Below are positions 27,894 through 38,550 of a stretch of 64,000 nt of DNA, one piece after another. The position numbers and the translations under genes were made by a program. The DNA comes from an uncultured bacterium (lineage in GTDB: Bacteria; Actinomycetota; Actinomycetes; S36-B12; CAIKAW01), in contig CAIKAW010000006.1 of assembly GCA_903825575.1 (NCBI GenBank), forward strand, positions 34,168-98,167, written 5' to 3'. How positions within the stretch are numbered: position 1 is the first letter of the stretch; each line of letters starts with the position of its first letter. Below the pieces are notes generated by a model that ran no database searches, was not told where the DNA came from, and saw only the letters and a program-made list of their open reading frames with translations.

Positions 27894-29249
27894 ATGGTGT
27901 GGCGGGTAGCAATCGTCGGCGCTGGTCCCTCAGGTCTGTACGCAGCCGATGCGCTGACATCGCAGTCCGATGTTCCCGTTGAGGTAACGGTGCTTGATCG
28001 GCTCCCGGTGCCTTTTGGGCTGGTGCGCTACGGAGTTGCGCCAGATCACCTCTCGATCCGATCGGTTCGCGGCACCTTAACCAAGGTGCTCGAACGCCCT
28101 CAGGTCACTTTTCTTGGTGACGTCGAAGTGGGCAAAGACGTCTCCGTGAGTCAGCTTTCTGAACTCTTCGACGCGGTCATCTATACCTTTGGCGCGGCTC
28201 GAGATCGCGCGCTAGGGGTGCCCGGTGAAGAACTCGCCGGCAGCGTCGCCGCGACTGATTTGGTCAATTGGTATTGCGGACATCCGGATGCCCCTTCCGC
28301 CGAAGTGGAGGCCGAAGTTGCTAGCGCCCGGCAGGTGGTTGTCGTCGGTGTGGGCAACGTGGCTGTTGATGTAGTCCGAGTGCTCGCAAAAACCAACGCC
28401 GAACTCGATCACACCGACATTCCTCAACATGTGCTCGACGTACTAGCTGCGTCGAACATTGAAGACATCTACCTCCTCGGTCGCCGGGGACCGGTGCAGG
28501 CGGCCTTCACTACCAAGGAATTGCGCGAACTCGGTGAGTTGGCTGAAGTTGACGTAGTTGCGAACCCAGCCGATCTGGTACTCGACCCGGTAAGCCAGGC
28601 GGCGTTGGCGGACGACCGGGTCGCGACACGCAACGTCGAGGTAGTACGTGAATGGACCACCCGGATGTTGAGCGGGAAACCTCGACGGATACATATGCGA
28701 TTCCTGACGCGACCTATTCGCCTTATTGGCGAAGGGCACGTCAGCGCAGTAGAAGTTGAGCGAACCAAGATTGATGAGAATGGCGCGGCCGTCGGGACTG
28801 GTGAATTCGAAACAATTCCGGCGCAGTTGGTCGTCCGCTCCGTTGGTTATCGCGGGGTCGGACTCCCGGGGTTGCCTTTCGATGAGCGACGCGCAGTCAT
28901 TCCGAGCATCGAAGGCAGGGTGGTGGACGCTGTGGATTCAACGCAGATTCGACCCAGAGAGTACGTTTCGGGTTGGATTCGCCGAGGTCCAAGCGGAATC
29001 ATTGGCACCAATAAGAAGGATGCAACTGCGACCGTGGCCTCTGTGCTGGCAGATTCTGCGACTTTGGCACCTGCGGCCGGTGGCGGCCGATTGGCACTGC
29101 AGGCGCTGCTCGCCGATCGTGGCATCGCGCCGATCGACTTCGCAGGTTGGGAGCGCATCGACGCAGCAGAAATCGCACTTGGCGCAGAGCGAGGCCGCGA
29201 CCGGACGACGTTACACACCCGCGAAGGCTTGCGGGTCGCAGCGCTCTAG
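27894..29249 (+). CDS. fprA: NADPH-ferredoxin reductase, FprA/adrenodoxin-reductase type
   Basis: 451 aa with an N-terminal FAD motif (VAIVGAGPSGLYAADAL) and a second Rossmann motif (VVVGVGNVAVDVVRVL). Confidence 0.8.
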   Translation: MVWRVAIVGAGPSGLYAADALTSQSDVPVEVTVLDRLPVPFGLVRYGVAPDHLSIRSVRGTLTKVLERPQVTFLGDVEVGKDVSVSQLSELFDAVIYTFGAARDRALGVPGEELAGSVAATDLVNWYCGHPDAPSAEVEAEVASARQVVVVGVGNVAVDVVRVLAKTNAELDHTDIPQHVLDVLAASNIEDIYLLGRRGPVQAAFTTKELRELGELAEVDVVANPADLVLDPVSQAALADDRVATRNVEVVREWTTRMLSGKPRRIHMRFLTRPIRLIGEGHVSAVEVERTKIDENGAAVGTGEFETIPAQLVVRSVGYRGVGLPGLPFDERRAVIPSIEGRVVDAVDSTQIRPREYVSGWIRRGPSGIIGTNKKDATATVASVLADSATLAPAAGGGRLALQALLADRGIAPIDFAGWERIDAAEIALGAERGRDRTTLHTREGLRVAAL

Positions 29250-29265
29250 GTGTGGTTAGTGGGAT

Positions 29266-30201
29266 CTACCAGCCTGCGATGGGTTGGGGCTCGGCGGCAA
29301 TATAGGTCACTCCAGCGACGGGCTGCCCGCCGCAAGACTCGGACCGCGGATCTAGGTTCTGTGCGCTCACTTTGACTCGCCAAGCTCGTCCATCGCGGTG
29401 ACGAACTTCGGTGTGCCACATTTCGCCAACGATCTTGCTTGCGGTCGGCCACGGGACCGCTCTGCCTGAGGAATCAACTCGCAAGCCGTCCAACGCTTCT
29501 AATTCAGATACTGCGTAGGCACCGCGCACCGCCAACTCCGCCGCCTGCAGCGGTTGTGGCAAAGACGTGCGTCCGCGAGTCGAAGCCACCACGGTGTGTC
29601 CGAGCCGTGCTTGGGTTAGCACAGCTTGCGCCGAAGGAGCATCCAGACGACCGTGCATCACTCCGTATGGCAGGAGTAGCGCTGTCGGGGCAAAGCGGTG
29701 GCCGTTCAGGTGGGTGGTTTCCCAGACGTGCTCAGGTTCTAGCGCGCCGACCTCGGTAATCAACGCGCGTCCGAGCCGCGTGCAGCAAGCATCCCGTTTG
29801 CCGTTCTGGCAGATGAACAGGTGCGGAGTCAGATCAGTCTTGCCAAGCGGTGGCAGTTCGCAGCGGCCAACGCCCGTGAGATCAATATCTAGAAGTACCT
29901 CGAGATCGGGAAGGTCAGCGATGCGTTGCCGCACACCTCCGGGGGCGACGTGTGCAAACCAAACTCGCCGCAATGTCGGGTCGGAGGTGCGTTTGGGTCG
30001 CCGGGCCAACAACACTCGCGTGTTGGAATCGGCCGTGCGGGCTGCAAGTGCTGGACCAAGGATGGGACCCAAGGAACCGTCCAACAGCGGGTGTTTGCCC
30101 CAAGGCCCTGGTGCCTCGATGATCACCCAGCCCGAGATCGCCGGAGCGGTGGCCGCTATTGGTTCAGTCGCGGCCGCTTCAGTGCAGAAACCCGTACTCA
30201 C
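29266..30201 (-). CDS. Sucrase/ferredoxin-like family protein (thioredoxin-like [2Fe-2S] fold)
   Basis: 311 aa with the characteristic [16 protein letters not shown] motif. Its start overlaps the parC stop by 4 nt. Confidence 0.7.
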   Translation of the reverse strand: MSTGFCTEAAATEPIAATAPAISGWVIIEAPGPWGKHPLLDGSLGPILGPALAARTADSNTRVLLARRPKRTSDPTLRRVWFAHVAPGGVRQRIADLPDLEVLLDIDLTGVGRCELPPLGKTDLTPHLFICQNGKRDACCTRLGRALITEVGALEPEHVWETTHLNGHRFAPTALLLPYGVMHGRLDAPSAQAVLTQARLGHTVVASTRGRTSLPQPLQAAELAVRGAYAVSELEALDGLRVDSSGRAVPWPTASKIVGEMWHTEVRHRDGRAWRVKVSAQNLDPRSESCGGQPVAGVTYIAAEPQPIAGW

Positions 30202-32672
30202 CCGCCAACTCCTGGAAGCACGCGAATCGAGCCGCCGACTCCAGACACCGGGCTAGGCAGGGACGTACCGGACCCGTCGCGCCTAGCGTCCGGGCCTGGC
30301 AACTCGACTGGCTTACCTGTCGCGCTCGCGGCAGCCGGTCCGTGAGCTCCGCCAGTGCCAACCCAGGCCAAGAGCAAAACGTCTTCGCCGCGCAGGAAGC
30401 GGTGACAACGCACGCCACCCGTGCCCCGCCCCTTGGCCGGGTAGGCGGCGAACGGGGTCACCTTGGCCGACCCGGGCTCGGTGCCGGGCAAAGCGCTGCT
30501 ATTACCAGAGATGGTCACGACTTCGCCGCGCTCGTTCGGGTCGATGGCGCCAAAGTGCAGCACACTGGCGTCCTGATCAAGTCGGATGCCTGCCATGCCC
30601 GCTGCGCTCCGTCCTTGCGGGCGGACACTTTTCGCAGGGAAGCGCAGAAGTTGTGCATCCGATGTGATCAACACCAATTCGTCCGTATCCACAACGTCAA
30701 TCGCGGCAACGACAAAGTCCCTGTCGCGCAGCGATATGACTTCCCAACTGGATCGATTCCCTACCGGTTCGGTGGCGACCCGCTTGACGATGCCTTGTGC
30801 CGTGCCAAGGGCCAGAGTTGTTGGAGCGTCGACGAGCAGTGTCGCCAGACCGACTACGGATTCTCCGGGTGCAAGTTCGATGAAGGCGCCGAGAGGTGCC
30901 CCGCCGGAAACGTTTGGTCGGGAGGCCGTTGGCGGCAACGTCGGTAGTTCTAGGACTGACAGCCGAATCACGCGGCCGCCAGATGTGACAACGCCGACAT
31001 CTCCGCGTGCGCTGGCAACTGCGGTGGCGGCGATGACATCGTGCACCGCTCTGGGGCCATCGCTCGGCGGCACTTCCAACGTGGTGGTTCTGGCCACCAA
31101 ACCGGTGCTCGACAGCAGCACCAAACACGGGTCATCTGAAACTTCCATGGGAACTGCCCGAGTTGGTTGGGCTACGCCATCGGCTTCAAGTAGGACAGTG
31201 CGACGAGGAGTAGCAAAGTTCCTTGATACCTCGGCTAGTTCGGTCGAAACCAACGTCCGCAAGGTTGTCGGGTGATCGATGATGTCCGTCAATGCTTGCA
31301 TCGCGCGACTTAGTTCATCGCGTTCGGTTTCTAGCTCGAGACGTGAGAATTTGGTCAGTCGACGTAGCGGCATTTCCAAGATGTACGAAGCTTGGATCTC
31401 GCTGAGATCGAATACGGACATCAGTCGTTCGCGGGCTGAGGCAGTGTCGTCGCTGGAACGGATCAGCGCAATGACTTCATCGATGTCGAGAATGGCAACT
31501 AGCAGGCCCTCGACTAAGTGGAGTCGCTCGCCGGCCTTACGTCGACGGTACTGCGAACGTCTCCGTACCACTTCGAGACGATGATCGACAAAGACCTGGA
31601 GAAGTTCAAGTAGTCCGAGAGTACGAGGTTGTCCGTCGACTAGGGCCACGTTATTGACGGCGAAAGAATCTTCTAGTGGAGTAAGGCGAAATAGTTCAGC
31701 GAGCACAGCTTCAGGGTGGAAGCCGCTCTTGATCTCGATCACTAGCCGAGTACCGCGGCGGCCGTCGCTGAGGTCAGTCATGTCGGCGATGCCTTGGATC
31801 TTCTTGTTCTGATGTAGGTCCTTTATTCGTTCAAGGACTTTCTCGGGCCCAACGTTGAAGGGCAGTTCGGTGACGACAATTGCTCGTCGTCGCGGTGACA
31901 CCTGCTCGATCGTGGTGGTGGCTTGGATTCGAAAACTGCCGCGCCCGGTTGCGTAGGCCTCGCGGATGCCATCAAGGCCAACGATCCGTCCACCGGTCGG
32001 CAGGTCTGGTCCGGGTACAAAACGTAGCAAGTCATCCAGAGTTGCCGCTGGATGATCGATCAAGTGCCGAGCCGCCGCGATCACTTCGCCAAGATTGTGC
32101 GGTGGCAGATTTGTAGCCATGCCGACGGCGATGCCGGCCGCGCCGTTTACCAACAGGTTCGGGATCGCGGCAGGCAGCACCACGGGTTCAACGTCACGGC
32201 CGTCGTAGTTACCGGTGAAGTCCACGACGTCTTCGGCCAAAGAATCCGTCATCGCCATGGCTGCCTGCGACGGTCGACATTCGGTGTAGCGCATGGCCGC
32301 AGGTCCGTCATCCGGTGACCCGAAATTGCCATGACCATCGATCAGCGGTAACCGCAACGAGAATGCTTGCGCCATGCGCACTAGTGCGTCGTAGATGGCT
32401 CCATCGCCATGTGGGTGCAATCGGCCCATGACTTCGCCGACCACGCGTGCACTCTTGACATGTGCCCGGTCTGGACGCAGGCCGGATTCGGCAAGTTGGT
32501 AAAGGATTCGGCGCTGCACTGGTTTAAGTCCATCACGGGCGTCGGGCAGCGCCCGGGCGTAGATAACCGAGTACGCGTACTCAAGGAAGCTTCCTCGCAT
32601 TTCCTCCGAAACATCGATATCGACGATGTGATCGGAGGCGGGTGCGGGCGGGCTGGTACGTCGGGGCGACAT
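30198..32672 (-). CDS. parC: Type IIA DNA topoisomerase subunit A (topoisomerase IV ParC-like)
   Basis: 824 aa with [29 protein letters not shown] and the active-site region AAMRYTE. I found no QRRGGKG GyrA-box in the C-terminal domain. Confidence 0.9.
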   Translation of the reverse strand: MSPRRTSPPAPASDHIVDIDVSEEMRGSFLEYAYSVIYARALPDARDGLKPVQRRILYQLAESGLRPDRAHVKSARVVGEVMGRLHPHGDGAIYDALVRMAQAFSLRLPLIDGHGNFGSPDDGPAAMRYTECRPSQAAMAMTDSLAEDVVDFTGNYDGRDVEPVVLPAAIPNLLVNGAAGIAVGMATNLPPHNLGEVIAAARHLIDHPAATLDDLLRFVPGPDLPTGGRIVGLDGIREAYATGRGSFRIQATTTIEQVSPRRRAIVVTELPFNVGPEKVLERIKDLHQNKKIQGIADMTDLSDGRRGTRLVIEIKSGFHPEAVLAELFRLTPLEDSFAVNNVALVDGQPRTLGLLELLQVFVDHRLEVVRRRSQYRRRKAGERLHLVEGLLVAILDIDEVIALIRSSDDTASARERLMSVFDLSEIQASYILEMPLRRLTKFSRLELETERDELSRAMQALTDIIDHPTTLRTLVSTELAEVSRNFATPRRTVLLEADGVAQPTRAVPMEVSDDPCLVLLSSTGLVARTTTLEVPPSDGPRAVHDVIAATAVASARGDVGVVTSGGRVIRLSVLELPTLPPTASRPNVSGGAPLGAFIELAPGESVVGLATLLVDAPTTLALGTAQGIVKRVATEPVGNRSSWEVISLRDRDFVVAAIDVVDTDELVLITSDAQLLRFPAKSVRPQGRSAAGMAGIRLDQDASVLHFGAIDPNERGEVVTISGNSSALPGTEPGSAKVTPFAAYPAKGRGTGGVRCHRFLRGEDVLLLAWVGTGGAHGPAAASATGKPVELPGPDARRDGSGTSLPSPVSGVGGSIRVLPGVGG

Positions 32673-32716
32673 TTCACTCCTGGACTACGACTGGGCGAAG
32701 TCCTATTCTCGCCGCC

Positions 32717-33622
32717 TCAGGGACGGGCGCCGACTCGCGACACGGCTAGGGCGGCGGTCCGATTCGCCGCTGCCAGCGTGGTGGCGACGTTGGCACCGGA
32801 ATGCCAGGTGGCAAGGAGGCCGGCTGCGAAAGCATCGCCGGCCCCGGTCGTATCCACGACCGAAAGTGCCAATGCGGGCGAGAAGACCGGCTCAGCCTTG
32901 GCCTTGAACCAGGCTGCGCCTTGGCTTCCGAGCTTGACAATGACGTCCGGGAACTGGTCGGCAAGGACCTGACCAGCCTCCAGTGGATCGGTGGCGCCAG
33001 TCAAGGCGCAAGCTTCGGCTTCGTTAGCCAAAAGCAGCCCAACCCCACCGATCCAGTCGAGGAACCGATCTGGACCGATGTCCAGCAGTGGCCCACTTGA
33101 AGCCGGATCAACGCTGATAGTCATTCGGCGAATTCGAGCCAGATCCAGGGCGGCCAGTCCCGCTAGGCGTGAACTTGCAGTTAGCAGTGAATAGCCAGAC
33201 AGGTGCAAATGCGCGCCAGGACGAAAGAAATGGTCGGGAAGATCACTTGGGACAAGGTTGGCGTTAGCGCCCGCATCCGGCAACATGGTGCGTTCACCGT
33301 CGGGGCCCACGATCACAACACAGGTTCCGGTTGCAGCAACCGGATCAATGGGCACGTGCAATTCGACGCCCGCTTCCAGCAGCTCCAAAGTTGCAGCGCG
33401 CCCCAGCGCATCGTCGCCAACTCTGGCGACAAAACCAACTGTTGCACCACCAGTCGCAAGCCAGGCCGCGGTGTTTGCGCCGCCACCGCCACCGTGGGTT
33501 GAGATTGTTGCTCGGGTGTCGCTGCCGTATCGCAATTGCTGCGCGGTGCGAGCAACGACGTCGGTGAGTAGCTCGCCTATAACTACGAACTCTGGATTGG
33601 GCGAATCGTCGAGTTCCTTCAC
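32717..33622 (-). CDS. psuK: PfkB-family carbohydrate kinase (pseudouridine kinase-like)
   Basis: 301 aa with ribokinase-fold motifs (GGGGANTAAWLA; DTTGAGDAFAAG). Overlaps the psuG stop. The psuK assignment rests on gene context only. Confidence 0.65.
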   Translation of the reverse strand: MKELDDSPNPEFVVIGELLTDVVARTAQQLRYGSDTRATISTHGGGGGANTAAWLATGGATVGFVARVGDDALGRAATLELLEAGVELHVPIDPVAATGTCVVIVGPDGERTMLPDAGANANLVPSDLPDHFFRPGAHLHLSGYSLLTASSRLAGLAALDLARIRRMTISVDPASSGPLLDIGPDRFLDWIGGVGLLLANEAEACALTGATDPLEAGQVLADQFPDVIVKLGSQGAAWFKAKAEPVFSPALALSVVDTTGAGDAFAAGLLATWHSGANVATTLAAANRTAALAVSRVGARP

Positions 33623-34527
33623 GGTGAACCATCCGCGAGTTCTACAGCTACTTCCGCTGCGAATTTCGCGTTGCGTAGCACCAGTTTCACGTTGGCAGTC
33701 AGAGTCGCGCCATGCGTTGCTTCGTGGAAGTAAGCCAACAGGAATGGCGTAACGTCTCCACCTTCAACTCCGGTTCGCTTGGCCTCGGCCAACCCTTGCA
33801 GTAGAACCTGGTCGTGGACCGACGGTTCGATCGCATCTTCGGCAGGCAGGGGGAGGGCGGCGACAATGGCGGGTTGAAGACCTAGTGAGGTGCGCGCGCG
33901 CCAGATGTCGGCGACTTCGCGGGCTGAATCCACGCGCCAAGGGACCGGTTGCCCTGAATCGCGCAGATAGAAGCCGGGGAACCGATGGGTGCCTACGCCC
34001 AGCACAACCACGCCGAGCGTTTCAAGCCGTTCTAAGGTCGCGGGGACATCAAGGATCGACTTAACCCCCGCGCACACAACGACCATGGGAGTTTGAGCCA
34101 GTGCGTGCAGATCAGCGCTTTCGTCGTAAGCCACTCGGTGCACGCCACCGAGCCCACCGGTGGCAAATACCGCAATTCCGGCCCGATGGGCGATCGCGGC
34201 GGTCGATGCCACGGTGGTGGATCCACAGACTCCCCGGGCAATAAGGACTCCGAGGTCTCGGGTCGATGCCTTAACGATTGCCTCGTTGCGGGCGAGGATG
34301 AGCAATTCTGGCGGTGTCAGGCCCACGTGAATCACGCCATCGAGGACCGCAATCGTCGCTGGCACGGCACCGCCGTCTCGAACAGCCTGCTCGATCTCTT
34401 GGCCAATTCGCTCGTTATCCGGGCGCGGCAGGCCGTGACTGATGATCGTGGATTCCAGCGCGACGATTGGCTTGCCAGTGGACAGCGCGGCGTCGACTTC
34501 GGGGGAAAGGCAGAACGGGGTGGCCAT
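33619..34527 (-). CDS. psuG: Pseudouridine-5'-phosphate glycosidase
   Basis: IndA/PsuG-like sequence (VALESTIISHGLPRPDN..., FATGGLGGVHR). Start trimmed to the ATG at 34527 (MATPFCLSPEV); the 354-aa track ORF has an implausible N-terminal extension. Confidence 0.85.
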   Translation of the reverse strand: MATPFCLSPEVDAALSTGKPIVALESTIISHGLPRPDNERIGQEIEQAVRDGGAVPATIAVLDGVIHVGLTPPELLILARNEAIVKASTRDLGVLIARGVCGSTTVASTAAIAHRAGIAVFATGGLGGVHRVAYDESADLHALAQTPMVVVCAGVKSILDVPATLERLETLGVVVLGVGTHRFPGFYLRDSGQPVPWRVDSAREVADIWRARTSLGLQPAIVAALPLPAEDAIEPSVHDQVLLQGLAEAKRTGVEGGDVTPFLLAYFHEATHGATLTANVKLVLRNAKFAAEVAVELADGSP

Positions 34528-34566
34528 GACCACACACGTTACGGGGCGGATAGATACGGTTGGCAC

Positions 34567-37230
34567 GTGGGCACCGACGAGTACCCGGCACAGTGGGAGG
34601 CGGACGTCGTCCTCCGCGACGGCAGCACCGCTCATGTTCGCCCAATTAGGCCCGATGATGGCCCGGGTTTGGTTGAGTTCCATTCTCGGCTCTCACCTGA
34701 AACCATCTACTTCCGGTTCTTTGCGCCGTACCCGCAATTATCCGAGCGCGATGTCAAGCGGTTCACGAACGTGGACTACACAGATCGTGTCGCATTGGTT
34801 GCGTTGGTCGGGTCGGAGTTTGTAGGGGTAACTCGGTACGACCGAATAGCACAGACATCCGCCGAAGTGGCCTTCACGATTCGAGACGACTATCAAGGTT
34901 ATGGCTTGGGATCTGTGCTTCTGGAGCACATTGCTATGGCCGCCCGTGAACGTGGCATTGAAACTTTTGTTGCCGAAGTGCTGCCAAGCAATCGGCGCAT
35001 GCTTGCAGTTTTTGTTGATGCTGGCTACACCACCAAGCAAGAGTTCGACGACGGCGTAATCAGCATGCAGTTTCGAATCGAGCCCACCGCTGCATCGCGT
35101 GCAGTACTAGAGGACCGCGAGCATCGTTCCGAAGCCAAGTCAATCCAGCGACTGATCGCCCCAGAATCTGTAGCGGTGGTGGGAGCTAGCCGGACGCCCG
35201 GGGCGGTGGGACACGAAATGCTGCGGCACTTGATCGCATCAGGGTTCACCGGACCGATCTACCCCATCCATCCATCCGCTGAGCAAGTGCTCGGACTGCC
35301 TGCCTTCCGCAGCGTCAGCCAAGCCCCCGGCCAAGTCGACCTGGCCATTGTTGCTGTGCCCGCTGCCCGGGTTTTAGAGGTAGTTGAGGATTGCGCCAGC
35401 GCAGGCGTTAAGGGGTTGGTCGTAGTTTCGACCGGATTTGGCGAGTCCGGCTCTGATGGTGGTCATCTCCAACGTGAACTGGTGAGTCTTGCCCGCGGTA
35501 GCGGGATGCGGGTCGTTGGACCGGCGTGTTTGGGGTTAATCAACACTGATCAGCAGGTCCGACTCAACGCATCGCTGGCTCCGATTCAGCCGCTCCCGGG
35601 CAAGATTGGCTTCTTCTGCCAGACGGGCTCTCTTGGTGCGACGATCCTTGACGCCGTGCGCCGCCACGGTCTGGGTTTGTCCACGTTTGTAAGCGCAGGT
35701 AACCGGGCCGATGTCAGTGCCAACGACTTGCTGCAGTACTGGCAGGAGGATCCGGCAACCGACGTTGTGCTCTTGTACCTGGAGAGCCTGGGCAATCCAC
35801 GAAAGTTCACGCGGGTCGCACGTCGCCTTGCTGCCGTCAAACCGATCGTGGCGGTCCGGACTGCGCGAAACACTCAGGCCTACCCACTCGGAGACCGCAT
35901 TCGGCGGACTTCGTTAACGCCGGCGGCCGTCGATGCGCTCTTTGCTCGCGCTGGGATTATTCAAACCGACACGCTTCAGGAGTTATTCGATGTAGCCGGG
36001 CTGCTGGCGTGCCAAGACTTACCCGAAGGCGATTCGGTTGCGGTGATTGGAAATTCCACTGCGTTGGCAGTGCTTGCGGCGGCGGCCTGTGAGGGAGCAG
36101 GACTGCGAGTGGTGGGCGAGCCGATGATCTTGCCGGTGGATGCCACTGGCGAATTGGTGGCTGCACAACTAGCAGCAGTTCTGGCCGACGCCAACGTGCA
36201 TTCGGTCCTACTTTTGCATGTGCCACCACTGGGTGGTGCGGATGATCAAGTGAGGACCGCATTAATCGCCGCATCCATCGGATCGCACAAACCTCTAATT
36301 GCGGTGCTCCCCGCAGCCGGTGAGGCCGCGCGATTGCTAGTCGTTCCCGATGAATCTGGTGCGGCAGGGGCGGGTTCGGTCCCGGCCTTTTCGGATATTG
36401 AAAGCGCAGTGCGCGCCTTGACCCAACTAACTGGCTATTCCGATTGGTTACGCACTCCGCGTGGGCAGACACCGGAGTTTGCCGACGTCGATACAGTTCG
36501 GGCCCGCGAATTGATCGAGGCGTGGATGTCGGAGGGTTCTGGCCTTGGCCAGTTGCCTCCAGATCGCGCGGCGCAGTTGCTGGGTTGCTACGGAATTGAC
36601 GTGTGGCCGCAGTTACCGGCTGCCGACGAAGACGAAGCGGTGCACCAGGCGACGACGTTGGGATACCCGGTGGTGCTGAGGACTCAGGTTCCGGAACTGA
36701 GCCAGCGCGGCGATCTGGGGGGAGTCCGCCTCAATCTTGAAAATGAACGGGCAGTTCGGACAGCTTTTCGCTCAATGCTGGCGAAATTGGACGTTGTTGC
36801 GGCCGGCAGGCTTGCGGTTCAGAAGCTGGCACCACTGGGCGTCGCGTGTGTTGTGGCTTCGGTCGAGGACGAACTTTTCGGCCCCGTCGTTTCGTTTCGG
36901 GTTGGAGGGGTCGTCACGGCATTACTTGACGACCGGGCGTATGCGGTGCCTCCGATCACTGACCTTGATGCTCGTGATCTCGTCCGGGCGCCTGGGGCCG
37001 CCCCAATGTTGACCGGCGCCACTGGCGGCGACGCGGTGGATCTTGGTCGGCTTGAAGACCTCGTGCTGCGGATCGGACGGCTAGCTGAAGACTTGCCTGA
37101 GGTGGCGTCCCTTGACCTAGATCCGGTGGTTGTATCGGGACACGGGCTGGCTGTTTTGGGTGCTGACCTCCGGTTAGGTGAGCCTCGCACGCGGGCGACC
37201 GAGGCTCGCAAGCTTCCTGCTTCGCTTTGA
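34567..37230 (+). CDS. Bifunctional GNAT acetyltransferase / ADP-forming acyl-CoA synthetase-like protein (Pat-type protein acetyltransferase)
   Basis: The 1045-aa track ORF overlaps psuG on the opposite strand. GTG at 34567 gives an N-terminal GNAT domain (FTIRDDYQGYGLGSVLLEHI), then a CoA-binding domain (VAVVGASRTPGAVGHEML), a ligase-CoA domain and an ATP-grasp domain. The start is approximate. Confidence 0.75.
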   Translation: MGTDEYPAQWEADVVLRDGSTAHVRPIRPDDGPGLVEFHSRLSPETIYFRFFAPYPQLSERDVKRFTNVDYTDRVALVALVGSEFVGVTRYDRIAQTSAEVAFTIRDDYQGYGLGSVLLEHIAMAARERGIETFVAEVLPSNRRMLAVFVDAGYTTKQEFDDGVISMQFRIEPTAASRAVLEDREHRSEAKSIQRLIAPESVAVVGASRTPGAVGHEMLRHLIASGFTGPIYPIHPSAEQVLGLPAFRSVSQAPGQVDLAIVAVPAARVLEVVEDCASAGVKGLVVVSTGFGESGSDGGHLQRELVSLARGSGMRVVGPACLGLINTDQQVRLNASLAPIQPLPGKIGFFCQTGSLGATILDAVRRHGLGLSTFVSAGNRADVSANDLLQYWQEDPATDVVLLYLESLGNPRKFTRVARRLAAVKPIVAVRTARNTQAYPLGDRIRRTSLTPAAVDALFARAGIIQTDTLQELFDVAGLLACQDLPEGDSVAVIGNSTALAVLAAAACEGAGLRVVGEPMILPVDATGELVAAQLAAVLADANVHSVLLLHVPPLGGADDQVRTALIAASIGSHKPLIAVLPAAGEAARLLVVPDESGAAGAGSVPAFSDIESAVRALTQLTGYSDWLRTPRGQTPEFADVDTVRARELIEAWMSEGSGLGQLPPDRAAQLLGCYGIDVWPQLPAADEDEAVHQATTLGYPVVLRTQVPELSQRGDLGGVRLNLENERAVRTAFRSMLAKLDVVAAGRLAVQKLAPLGVACVVASVEDELFGPVVSFRVGGVVTALLDDRAYAVPPITDLDARDLVRAPGAAPMLTGATGGDAVDLGRLEDLVLRIGRLAEDLPEVASLDLDPVVVSGHGLAVLGADLRLGEPRTRATEARKLPASL

Positions 37231-37283
37231 TTGAGCGCTAAATCGGTTCGACTTTCGCATCCGGCGCCGGAAGAATCACGTCC

Positions 37284-38528
37284 ATGTCAGGGGATCAAGC
37301 CAATCGGGCCGCGCTCAAGCGAATGTGGGTGGGCGTGGCTTTGGCGTCCATTGGACAGGGCCTAACGCTTCCGTACTTGCTCGTCTACCTGCATCAAGTC
37401 CGGGGGCTGTCCACCGGCATGTCCGGTGTTGTGATCGCCTACATGGCGGCATTGGGACTGTTTGCTACACCTGCGTTCGGGTGGGCGGTTGATCATTTCG
37501 GCCCAGGCCGCGTTATGACGCTGGGACTGGTTGGCGAGTCAATCTCGGTTTTGTTGTTGACCCAGATTCGGAGCGTGACATCGGCCTTTGTCGTGGCCAC
37601 AATCATGGCCGTCGGGCAGTCCGGGGTGTGGCCCCCGCAAACTGCGCTGTTGGCCAGAATCTCGCCCGAAGGCAAACGCCAACGGGTCTTTGCGTTCCAG
37701 TTCCTGTTGCTGAATCTTGGCCTTGGGATCGGTGGCCTGATTGCGTCGGTGATCATTGATGTGCATCGGCCGATCACGTTCACGCATCTGTACTTTGTGA
37801 ATTTCCTTGCCTACGCCGGATACACGGCGGTGAGTGTCACCCTTTGGCGAGTCGGCGGACCGGCTCCACAACCGGCGGCCCACGACGGAGTGGGTGGCTA
37901 CCGGGAAGTTGGTAGCGATCGGGTGTTGCGCCGCTTGGTGCCGGCCATGCTGCTGATATTGATTTGCGGCTATGGACAGTTGGAAGTTGGCTTTACCGCC
38001 TACGCCACCACTGTCCTGCATGTTTCAGCAGCTTGGCTGGGGATTGCCTGGTCAGCCAACACATTCACGATTGTCGCTGCTCAGTGGGGAATGCTCCGGC
38101 TTGTCCGTGGCCGTTCCCGTAGCAGCGTCATGGTGTGGTCTGGACTTCTGTGGGCCTTGTGCTGGGTATTGGTCGGGGTGGCCGGCTGGCTTCCCTCTGG
38201 GGCCGCCGAGCCCATCGCGTTGCTCCTTGCGCTGGGCGTTTTCGGCTTGGGCGAAACGCTGTGGTCGCCCACCGTCCCGGCTTTGCTAAATGATTTGGCG
38301 CCGGAACATTTGCGTGGGCGCTACAACGCGGTTTTGGCGACCAATTGGACGATGGCGGCCACCCTGGGACCGCTCTTGTCCGGTTTGCTTATCGGTGGTG
38401 GGTTGGGCACTTGGTGGGTCTGGGGCATCGCGGCCGGGTGCCTTGTCGGGTCGCTAGCCGTAGGCGGAGTCAGACACCTGTTGACCCCAGCCCAAGACGG
38501 CAGGGGCGTCGACGTCGCCGTGCCCTAG
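37284..38528 (+). CDS. MFS transporter
   Basis: 414 aa with about 12 TM segments and MFS-like loops. Confidence 0.75.
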   Translation: MSGDQANRAALKRMWVGVALASIGQGLTLPYLLVYLHQVRGLSTGMSGVVIAYMAALGLFATPAFGWAVDHFGPGRVMTLGLVGESISVLLLTQIRSVTSAFVVATIMAVGQSGVWPPQTALLARISPEGKRQRVFAFQFLLLNLGLGIGGLIASVIIDVHRPITFTHLYFVNFLAYAGYTAVSVTLWRVGGPAPQPAAHDGVGGYREVGSDRVLRRLVPAMLLILICGYGQLEVGFTAYATTVLHVSAAWLGIAWSANTFTIVAAQWGMLRLVRGRSRSSVMVWSGLLWALCWVLVGVAGWLPSGAAEPIALLLALGVFGLGETLWSPTVPALLNDLAPEHLRGRYNAVLATNWTMAATLGPLLSGLLIGGGLGTWWVWGIAAGCLVGSLAVGGVRHLLTPAQDGRGVDVAVP

Positions 38529-38550
38529 CCAAGGGTGCGAGGATGGCAGC

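Noticed and set aside
24543-32672. Calling the two type IIA topoisomerase genes gyrB/gyrA
   Set aside because: The genes are separated by about 3.5 kb and lie on opposite strands. There is no dnaA/dnaN/recF context. I could not find the GyrA-box (QRRGGKG) in the A-subunit C-terminal domain. A topoisomerase IV-like pair is more consistent, but only phylogeny would settle it.
34093-34566. Upstream 158 codons of the 1045-aa ORF
   Set aside because: They overlap psuG on the opposite strand and have no recognisable domain. The GNAT domain begins just after the GTG at 34567.
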